Source: Flavobacteriaceae bacterium
GTDB lineage: Bacteria > Bacteroidota > Bacteroidia > Flavobacteriales > Flavobacteriaceae
Reading direction: 5' to 3'
DNA length: 32,000 nucleotides
Assembly (NCBI GenBank): GCA_965224465.1
Contig: OZ245049.1
Location: 4,410,001-4,442,000 of the forward strand
Shown here one piece after another: positions 25,279 through 32,000 of the stretch. Under the pieces are notes generated by a model. That model was given only the letters and a program-made list of their open reading frames with translations, was not told the origin of the DNA and made no database searches. How positions within the stretch are numbered: the first letter of the stretch is position 1; every line of letters begins with the position of its first letter. A program made the position numbers and the translations under genes.

Positions 25279-25432
25279 TTTAAGTATTGTAATATGACGA
25301 AAGTGAACAAACTATTCATAAAACTTAAATTTACTTGACACTATTAGTAATAATGTCAAGTGTTAAATATAAGTATCCTAACGGAAATTTTGCGTATTAT
25401 TGGTATGAAGTCAAGGTGATCTAAATCAAATC

Positions 25433-25894
25433 TTATTTATTTCTTTTCATCTTTCGCCACAGATAAGGATTAATTGGATTTTGATCTTTCCATAACCCTA
25501 ATTTAGAAGAACGAGCTTCATTTTCTAAGCTTTGAAAATATTCACTATCAGAATAATAAGAATAATGCCAGGCTAATCCTTTTTTTAAAAGTTCTTCAGA
25601 AAGGTTTTTACCATCGTAATAAACATATCCAATAATTCTACCGTAATGATCTTTAGATTTGATATCTACATAGACCTGTTTTCTATAAATTTCTTTAGAA
25701 ACAAACTTCTTAGCTTTTTTTGAAAAAGGCTACTTATACTCTGGACAATCAATGTCAGCTATACGAATGGTGTGTTGATTAAAAAGACTGTCTAAAACCA
25801 CTATAGTATCACCATCTTTGACACGAATAACCTTTCCTTTAATTTGTCCCCAAACAAAAACAGGTATAAACAGTAAAAAAAGGAAATACTTCAT
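25433..25894 (-). pseudogene. Thermonuclease (staphylococcal-nuclease-like) gene with an in-frame TAG at codon 55
   Basis: MKYFLFLLFIPVFVWGQIKGKVIRVKDGDTIVVLDSLFNQHTIRIADIDCPEYK-TAG(25730..25732)-PFSKKAKKFVSKEIYRKQVYVDIKSKDHYGRIIGYVYYDGKNLSEELLKKGLAWHYSYY...GLWKD. The SNase motifs DGDT, R..IDCPE, D.YGR and GLA span the stop in one frame. Confidence 0.75.
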
Positions 25895-25974
25895 CTTAAT
25901 AATTGATTTAAATTTTTTTTTTAGTTTTTAAAATAATCATTAAATGTATCAATGTTTTAGCATTGAATTTAGTA

Positions 25975-27144
25975 ACTCATGTTACGCATAATTTTCTCTA
26001 AAAAAGAGATTATGCTACCTTGGGTGTTGATAAGTTTTTGAGTTCATTATAGGCTGCTTTTTGAGCGGCTAAATAAATTTGTGTTTTCATGGCAAAGTGA
26101 TTTTTTCCTGTCCTTTGTTTTAGCCACTCCAACTTTATATATGCTACAATGGATAAGACAAAATGATTCATTTGAGTTTCTATTTTTTTTGTTGGAGATT
26201 TAGCAAATCCTGTATTGCTTTTAATCGATTTGTGATATTCTTCTACTGCCCACCGTTTTTTGTAGATTGTAGTTATTTGGTCATACGCTAAACTTAAATC
26301 ACTACAAGCCAAATACAACTCGCCGACTGTACCATTCTCGTTTTTGAAAATTTGCTTTGTAAGCAACAGCGGAAAGTCTAGTTTTTCAAACCAAACTTCC
26401 ACGGTCTGCTGTTCTGGCTGTAATGTTTTAATATTCACGTATATTCCTTTTTGCTTATCTTCTAATGATAAGGCTACTCTTCGATTGCTTTTTAAAGCAA
26501 TAATAAAATTATTTTTTAATGCTGTTTTACAGCATATCATATTTTCTACAGATGAAAACCAACTATCAGCCAAAACATAATCAAAGCGTATTTTGCTACT
26601 ACATTCTCGCAACATATCTCTAAATAATTCATTCTTGGTTTTGCTGCTTTTACGCTTTTGTTTTCCTGTTTTTTTATCGGTTACCCAAAGGTCTTTCTTT
26701 ATAAACTCTACACCACAAGGCAAACGCATACCGGCTACTTCTATTAAAGCTGTTAGAAAATTAACTCCTTTTACAGACCTCCCAAACACGTGGTCAAAAT
26801 GCCAAGTGTTAAGTTCACTTTCTTTTGTATATTGTTTTTCTTGTATAGAATCATCAAAACTTAAAATAACGGTTTCTTTTGATTGTGTCAATTCTTCAAT
26901 ATAAGTTTTTGCCGTTTTCCATAGAAATTTACTGTCGTAAACACCTGTTGACAATGCTCTTGTTATTTTATCATGTTTTATGCAAAGCAAGTGAGACATT
27001 CCTGTTGCTGTAGTATAAGAACTTGAACTTATCAAATAATCGGTATATAAATCAACAAAATTATCCATCTTTTTTCTTCTCAAAGTTATTAACAATATAG
27101 ACAATTATTTCCTTAAATCTAAATTATTATTGCGTAAGGTGAGT
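25975..27144 (-). mobile_element. Complete IS4/IS701-like insertion sequence (copy 2, 1170 bp), inverted relative to copy 1
   Basis: Imperfect terminal inverted repeats: ACTCATGTTACGCATAAT at 25975.. and the reverse complement of ATTATTGCGTAAGGTGAGT ending at 27144. I could not find a flanking target duplication. Confidence 0.8.
26010..27068 (-). CDS. IS4/IS701-like DDE transposase (352 aa from the ATG at 27068; the ORF track extends to a TTG at 27104)
   Basis: N-terminal MDNFVDLYTDYLISSSSYTTATGMSHLL and the C-terminal YKKRWAVEEYHKSIKSNTGF (Y-x2-R-x3-E-x6-K type) motif. Confidence 0.8.
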   Translation of the reverse strand: MDNFVDLYTDYLISSSSYTTATGMSHLLCIKHDKITRALSTGVYDSKFLWKTAKTYIEELTQSKETVILSFDDSIQEKQYTKESELNTWHFDHVFGRSVKGVNFLTALIEVAGMRLPCGVEFIKKDLWVTDKKTGKQKRKSSKTKNELFRDMLRECSSKIRFDYVLADSWFSSVENMICCKTALKNNFIIALKSNRRVALSLEDKQKGIYVNIKTLQPEQQTVEVWFEKLDFPLLLTKQIFKNENGTVGELYLACSDLSLAYDQITTIYKKRWAVEEYHKSIKSNTGFAKSPTKKIETQMNHFVLSIVAYIKLEWLKQRTGKNHFAMKTQIYLAAQKAAYNELKNLSTPKVA

Positions 27145-27145
27145 A

Positions 27146-27610
27146 AATAATTATGAGAATTTTGTTAGAGTACAATCAGATGCAGCGGTGCGTAAATTGG
27201 CAAGTTTGTATCCGTATGATAATTTTGAAGATGATGGTAAGGAAGAAGAAATTACTTTGAGAGCCAGTGTAAATGAAGTAAATATAGCCTTAGAAAAAGA
27301 ACTTTCCGAACGCTTAGAGATGGCAGGTATTGAGGTTTTAGAAGCTAGAATTGGTTACTTAGCGTATGCTCAAGAGATTGCTAATGCCATGTTAAAAAGG
27401 CAACAAGCAACAGCCATTATCGCAGCACGCCATAAAATAGTTGAAGGTGCGGTAAGTATGGTAGAAATGGCCATCAATCAGTTGAATAAAAATGGTATTG
27501 TGTCACTGGACGAAGAACGAAAAGCTGCGATGGTGAGTAATTTGATGGTGGTGCTATGTTCTGATAAGGATGCGACACCTATTGTAAATACAGGGACATT
27601 GAATCATTAA
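27146..27610 (+). pseudogene. 5-prime-truncated SPFH/band-7 family gene (C-terminal ~154 aa only)
   Basis: The frame is open right from the IS boundary: NNYENFVRVQSDAAVRKLASLYPYD...LEARIGYLAYAQEIANAMLKRQQATAIIAARHKIVEGAV. This is the typical distal part of an SPFH domain plus the coiled tail. No N-terminal half lies on the other side of the IS. Confidence 0.65.
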
Positions 27611-27821
27611 GCTCTTGTTAAGGATTGGAAAACAGGAAGTATTTGATAGATGTAAATTAGGAAGTGTTGTAGCAATTGAGCCTTATAATGTTACATGCGA
27701 TGGTTTCTTTTTCACAACTTATTTTAACGTTTATCTTGTAAATAATAATTCAATATAAGTATCGGACTTTAGAAAAATAAAGGGCTATTGTTAAGGCAGT
27801 GATGATGCGTGATAAGAACCG

Positions 27822-28010
27822 TTGACAATGTCTTTAAATATTTATAGAATTTTGAGACGCGTTTTACCTGTAATTGCTGTAGTTTTGGCAATCAATAGAA
27901 GTGAAACTTCCCTGGCAATCTGTTTTGGTTGTTTCTTGGTTACTATCGGACTACGATGGTTGATAGATAAGAAAACAGGTGATTGTTCCACAAAAAATGA
28001 ATTAAAATGA
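27822..28010 (+). CDS. Small membrane protein, ~60 aa
   Basis: Two hydrophobic segments. Its TGA overlaps the ATG of the next ORF (ATGA). Confidence 0.4.
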   Translation: MTMSLNIYRILRRVLPVIAVVLAINRSETSLAICFGCFLVTIGLRWLIDKKTGDCSTKNELK

Positions 28011-28171
28011 AAGAATATAGATTTATCAGTCAGAAAAGAACACCTATCAAAAAAGATGAGGATTTTGAAGCCTTGTTAAATAGTTATGCAAAAACAGGAT
28101 GGCAAGTATTGAATACATTTGTGCATCGAGGAGTTGTGAAAGCTGTGTTGGAGCGCGATAAAAAAGAATAA
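28007..28171 (+). CDS. DUF4177-like small protein, 54 aa (not in the ORF track, below its size cut-off)
   Basis: MKEYRFISQKRTPIKKDEDFEALLNSYAKTGWQVLNTFVHRGVVKAVLERDKKE. The pattern ..LN.YA..GW.V....... is that of DUF4177. Confidence 0.5.
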   Translation: MKEYRFISQKRTPIKKDEDFEALLNSYAKTGWQVLNTFVHRGVVKAVLERDKKE

Positions 28172-28178
28172 GAATAAG

Positions 28179-28343
28179 ATGGCCAAGAAAAAAGCTTTTG
28201 CTTTACGCATTAATGAGGACATGCTCAAATCTATTGAGAAGTGGGCAGCCGACGAATTCCGTTCCACCAATGGTCAATTGGAGTGGATGTTGCACAAATG
28301 TCTGAAAGATGCCAATAGACAACCTAAACAAAAAGAAAATTAA
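28179..28343 (+). CDS. Arc-like ribbon-helix-helix DNA-binding protein, 54 aa (not in the ORF track)
   Basis: MAKKKAFALRINEDMLKSIEKWAADEFRSTNGQLEWMLHKCLKDANRQPKQKEN resembles the Arc-family proteins common in Bacteroidota. Confidence 0.55.
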   Translation: MAKKKAFALRINEDMLKSIEKWAADEFRSTNGQLEWMLHKCLKDANRQPKQKEN

Positions 28344-28350
28344 GACTACC

Positions 28351-29271
28351 ATGTTTCAGATTATTGAAAGTCCCCATTCCAATTCCTTACTAAATCAACT
28401 TATAATTAGTCATTCAGATACTAATTTTAAAGCCATTATTTATCCAAATTTAGGAGCTTCGTTACAGCAATTAAGTTTCGGAAAAACAGCATTAATAGAT
28501 GGGCTTTCTCAGGATGTAGAAGGTTTAAATAGCTATAAAGGTACTTATAGTTCATCGTTTTTATTTCCTTTCCCGAATAGGATTGCAAAAGGAAAGTATA
28601 CATTTGAAGATGCGAATTACCAACTTTCCTGTAATGAAAACGGACGGGAAAATGCGATACATGGCTGTTTAGATCATGCCGCCTTTACAGTGCAATCCCA
28701 AGAATGTACAAAAGCGTATGTGGAGGTTTTATTGAAGTATAAACATACTGTAAAAGTAACTGGATTTCCTTTTACTTTTGATTGTTTGGTTCGCTATCGT
28801 TTTTCAACATCTTCTGTGTTTATTTCTCTTACGGTTAATAATACAGGTCTCGCTAGTTTTCCTTACGGATTTGGCTGGCATCCTTATTTTTTAATGGATA
28901 GTTTTAATGATACAGTACTAAGTTTTGACGGAGAAGATCAAGTAGATTGTGATGCTGCAATGATTCCTGTTGGACGTAGTAAACATGGTCTTCCAAATGC
29001 TTTTAAGTTAGAAAATCATCAATTTGATACTGGTTTTATTCAGCATACAAGTGCCAGTTCTTTAGAAACAAATTCTTATAAAGTGTCCTTTTCTACATCG
29101 GATAATCTAGAGAGTTATTTGCAAGTGTACACGCCTCCGCACGGTAAAAGTATTGCCTTAGAACCTATGACTTGTATCGCGGATAGTTTTAATAATAAAA
29201 CAGGATTGCGTGTGTTGCAGGCTAACGAAGCTGTGACCTGGGATATAAAAATGGATATCCATATCAAGTAA
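28351..29271 (+). CDS. Aldose 1-epimerase (galactose mutarotase-like) family protein, 306 aa from the ATG at 28351
   Basis: FLFPFPNRIAKGKYTFEDANYQL..NE....AIHGC, GFGWHPYF and ALEPMT motifs are typical of the aldose epimerase superfamily. Confidence 0.75.
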   Translation: MFQIIESPHSNSLLNQLIISHSDTNFKAIIYPNLGASLQQLSFGKTALIDGLSQDVEGLNSYKGTYSSSFLFPFPNRIAKGKYTFEDANYQLSCNENGRENAIHGCLDHAAFTVQSQECTKAYVEVLLKYKHTVKVTGFPFTFDCLVRYRFSTSSVFISLTVNNTGLASFPYGFGWHPYFLMDSFNDTVLSFDGEDQVDCDAAMIPVGRSKHGLPNAFKLENHQFDTGFIQHTSASSLETNSYKVSFSTSDNLESYLQVYTPPHGKSIALEPMTCIADSFNNKTGLRVLQANEAVTWDIKMDIHIK

Positions 29272-30119
29272 CTAAAAACTGCCATTCACCATCACCTCGG
29301 ACAATTAAAGCCATAGGTTTAACTATTTCGAGGTGTTGGTTTGGAATGTGTCAGACGCAGGGTTTTTTATGTGCTGTTGAACAAATCGTTTGATAAAGTA
29401 TGTTTATTCCCTTATTGTGAGGTTAATTCCCCGAAGCTCTGCCTCGAAATAGAAAATAGTCTATCGGAAGTAATATCAAATGTATTTCCAAGTGACGGTT
29501 TAGAAATGGAATTGTTTTTTGTTTTAGCTAGGCGTAAATTCTTAGGATTTAGCTATCGTTCTGTTTTTAACAACGCTAAAACGTAAAACAAACTATTTAT
29601 ATCGGTCATTTTGAATTGTAATTGGTGTAATCTCGTTCTCTTGGGGCGAGTCTGTTGATTGTTTGTGTTTTTCTTGTTCTTTTGAGAGAAAATACAATCT
29701 TGAATTAAAGTCCACGTTAAGTATGGAGGGTTTTGTTGTTCCTGCAAGAAGGGGGGAATGCCAAATGTATTTCCGTTTTTTTAACAGCAAAAGAATAGTT
29801 TTTAGTGTAATTACATGTGAAATAGGGGGGTAGGAATTGTGATTTATCTTTTAGTTTGTTTTTAGTCACCAATCACCAGTTATTAGTCACCTGTTATTGT
29901 GCATTACTAGCAATAGTATTCTACCATAAACGAACACTTTATTAACATTTATTAGTGTACTTAATACCCTTAATGTATTTTTATACCGATAGTTAACCGT
30001 TATTATAAAATTTCGATTGCAGGTATTTAGGGTGTATTCATGTTTAAAGGGTGTATTTCACTCGTTGATAGCATTCTTTTTAAGGTATCGTTGGATCGAT
30101 TTAATAAAAAAGAAAAAAT

Positions 30120-32000
30120 ATGAAGAATTACCTTTTTACTCTTGTTTTAGGCGTGTTTTTAATCATTTCTTGTAAGAACTCTTCCAGTGAAGTTCCTTTG
30201 ATGAATTCTAATTATGTTGCCGAAACAGTCAATACATTAAATTATATTGGAGAACCGTTGGAGCCTAAAGACAGGTCTATGTTAATGTTTTCTGATCAAG
30301 GTGCTTGGTTTGGCTACAGCCTTCCAAAGAACATGAGATTAGGATTTTCGGGTCCTTTTTTAATGACCCAACAGAATGGTGTTTGGGCAAGTCCTATGCT
30401 TTTGGAGCTTGAAATTATTGAAAACGGGAATCCAGTAACGTTTAATTCACATAAGAATGATGGTTTTTTGAGTCACCTAGAACAAATATTGGTGAATGAC
30501 CATTTAAAAGTACGTCAACAATTGTTTTTTAGCAGTGGACATACAGCGATTCTTCAAACTTTTATTACCAATGTTTCTGAGGAAAAAGTGGTTTTACGAA
30601 CAAATTGGAAAGGGGCTTTGTTTGGTGGTTTAGGCTTAGAAATAACATCAGAAGGCAAAAACGAACTCATTATTAACAGTACGAAATCTCAAGCGGTAGG
30701 ACATTTTATATTTGATTCTGAAACGGTCTTGTCTGTAACTGATAGTAGTTATATCAGTCAAGGGTATAATTTCACCCTCCTTCCTAAGGAGCAAAAAGAA
30801 TTGCGAGTTTCTCAAACATTTATTTTCCCAGAATACAATTGGGAAGATGAAAAAAAGAGTATAAAAACTTCTGGTTTTGGATGTAATTTGTCCGATAGGA
30901 TTGAAGATAAAGAGATTCAATTGGCGAGATTGTTTTACGCTAGAAAGGAAATACTAAGAGATAGTATTTATAAAATACCTTTAGCAAAAACGGTGTTTAC
31001 ATTGCAAAATAATTGGCGTATTGCGGCAGGTGAATTAAAGGTTGAGGGATTATTTCCTAGTTATCACTACAAGTGGTTTCATGGGTTTTGGGCTTGGGAT
31101 TCTTGGAAACATGCTGTGGGATTGGCTAAATTTAATGTGGAATTGGCAAAAAACCAAATGCGTACGATGTTTGATTATCAGTCAGAAAATGGTTTTATAG
31201 TGGATTGTATTTTTAGAGACACTACGGTAGAAAAACACAATTATAGAGATACAAAACCTCCATTAGCTGCGTGGGCGGTTTCTAAAATTATTGCAGAGGA
31301 TTCAGATGTAGCGTTTATAAAAGAAATGTATCCAAAATTAAAATTATACCATAGTTGGTGGTATAAAGATAGAGATTATGATCAGGATGGTTTATGCGAG
31401 TACGGATCTACCGATGGTAGTTTGGTGGCTGCCAAATGGGAAAGCGGGATGGACAATGCTGTACGTTTTGATGATAGTAAAATGTTAAAAACGTCTAATA
31501 CTGCTTATTCTTTAGATCAGGAAAGTGTAGATCTAAATGCGTATTTGTATGCAGAAAAATTATTTTTGAGTGGATTGGCAGAAAAAATCGGATTGCTAGC
31601 GGATAGCAAACAATATAAAAGCGAAGCGGCTCTTCTTAAAGAGAAGATTCAAACGCAGTTTTACGATGAGGTGGATGGTTGGTTTTACGATACTTCGTTA
31701 GACGGGAAAACAAAAATAAAAGTAAAAGGATGTGAAGGTTGGTTGCCTTTATGGGCCAATGTAGCTACACAGGATCAAGCAGAAAAAGTAAAAAATGTGA
31801 TGATGAATCCAGCGACGTTTTTTACGAAAGTTCCTTTCCAAACCCTTGCGGCAAATCATCCTAAATTTAATCCACTTGAAGGGTATTGGCGTGGTCCTAA
31901 TTGGTTGGATCAATCTTATTTTGGAATTGTAGGACTGCATAATTACGGGTTTGATACCGAGGCTACCAAGGCAACTGTACAGTTGTTAAAAGGAGCTGAA
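30120..32000 (+). CDS. Lipoprotein glycoside hydrolase, GH63/MGH1 (YgjK/trehalase-like), 5-prime-complete and running off the window
   Basis: The frame is open from the ATG at 30120 to the window end (627 codons); it is absent from the ORF track because it has no stop. Lipobox LIISCKN. Motifs FHGFWAWDSWKH, WESGMDNAVRFD and GYWRGPNWLDQSYF are characteristic of (alpha/alpha)6 GH63/GH37-like glucosidases. Confidence 0.75.
   Translation, partial: MKNYLFTLVLGVFLIISCKNSSSEVPLMNSNYVAETVNTLNYIGEPLEPKDRSMLMFSDQGAWFGYSLPKNMRLGFSGPFLMTQQNGVWASPMLLELEIIENGNPVTFNSHKNDGFLSHLEQILVNDHLKVRQQLFFSSGHTAILQTFITNVSEEKVVLRTNWKGALFGGLGLEITSEGKNELIINSTKSQAVGHFIFDSETVLSVTDSSYISQGYNFTLLPKEQKELRVSQTFIFPEYNWEDEKKSIKTSGFGCNLSDRIEDKEIQLARLFYARKEILRDSIYKIPLAKTVFTLQNNWRIAAGELKVEGLFPSYHYKWFHGFWAWDSWKHAVGLAKFNVELAKNQMRTMFDYQSENGFIVDCIFRDTTVEKHNYRDTKPPLAAWAVSKIIAEDSDVAFIKEMYPKLKLYHSWWYKDRDYDQDGLCEYGSTDGSLVAAKWESGMDNAVRFDDSKMLKTSNTAYSLDQESVDLNAYLYAEKLFLSGLAEKIGLLADSKQYKSEAALLKEKIQTQFYDEVDGWFYDTSLDGKTKIKVKGCEGWLPLWANVATQDQAEKVKNVMMNPATFFTKVPFQTLAANHPKFNPLEGYWRGPNWLDQSYFGIVGLHNYGFDTEATKATVQLLKGAE

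Noticed and set aside
25333-25361. Inverted repeat ACTTGACA-N13-TGTCAAGT downstream of the nuclease pseudogene, considered as a third recombinase site
   Set aside because: The arms are only 8 bp with a 13-nt spacer, and it does not share the GACAAAA/TTTTGTC core. It is more simply a weak terminator-like hairpin.
10452-25732. Alternative genetic code (stop-codon reassignment) as the explanation for the in-frame TAA in the effector and the TAG in the thermonuclease
   Set aside because: TAA and TAG clearly terminate many well-defined genes in the same window (IS transposases, the recombinases, PAAR and others) at the lengths expected for their families. Isolated nonsense mutations are the simpler explanation.
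29272-30119. An ~850-bp gap with short ORFs on both strands (29341..29586, 29553..29747, 29593..29790) and reiterated TAGTCACC / GTTATT words; considered as a hidden gene, riboswitch or sRNA
   Set aside because: The ORFs have no motifs and overlap each other. I could not fold a convincing conserved structure or recognise a riboswitch core by eye. It may simply be the regulatory region of the GH63 lipoprotein gene. It would be worth an Rfam scan, but there is nothing I can support.

Overview
This is an AT-rich accessory region that looks like Bacteroidota (Flavobacteriia-like): lipoboxes of the L-x-S-C type, a TAnnTTTG-type promoter box, and IS30, IS66, ISAs1, IS4-like and ISL3 elements. It is saturated with mobile DNA and decayed genes. 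From left to right it contains the following. (1) The truncated end of an IS4/IS701-like IS, whose complete inverted twin lies at 25975..27144. (2) A lipoprotein gene, a complete ISAs1 element and a small XRE regulator with two palindromic operator-like boxes. (3) A HEPN-domain gene split in frame by IS30 copy A and cut off from its upstream region by a complete IS66 (8-bp TSD), followed by an older IS66 end remnant. (4) The most interesting module, all on the minus strand: a PAAR protein, then a very large predicted cell-wall-hydrolase effector (split M23-like motifs, a GH19-like domain and a C-terminal LAS/M15-like domain), then an ATGA-coupled 358-aa lipoprotein that is a candidate immunity protein. 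The effector is interrupted by an in-frame TAA and by IS30 copy B (3-bp TSD, frame preserved across the insertion). (5) A solo IS30 end, a half hsdS gene and a small tyrosine recombinase, which I read as a decayed, probably once phase-variable, Type I R-M locus. (6) A ~10 kb segment bracketed by two convergent small tyrosine recombinase genes, each next to a dif/lox-like palindrome with the core GACAAAAT-N5-7-TTTTGTC. This segment carries an AbiJ/Abi_C-like HEPN protein, a tRNA 3-prime fragment, a three-gene cassette (small membrane protein, tail-anchored J-domain protein, lipoprotein), a group II intron 3-prime remnant abutting an ISL3 transposase remnant, a MORN+LRR giant protein with a perfect 66-bp tandem duplication, and a Sel1-repeat protein. 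(7) A thermonuclease gene with an in-frame TAG, the second IS4-like copy abutting a 5-prime-truncated SPFH gene, and then ordinary genes (DUF4177-like, Arc-like, aldose 1-epimerase, and a GH63/trehalase-like lipoprotein that runs off the window). All family assignments come from motif recognition by eye. No database search was run.
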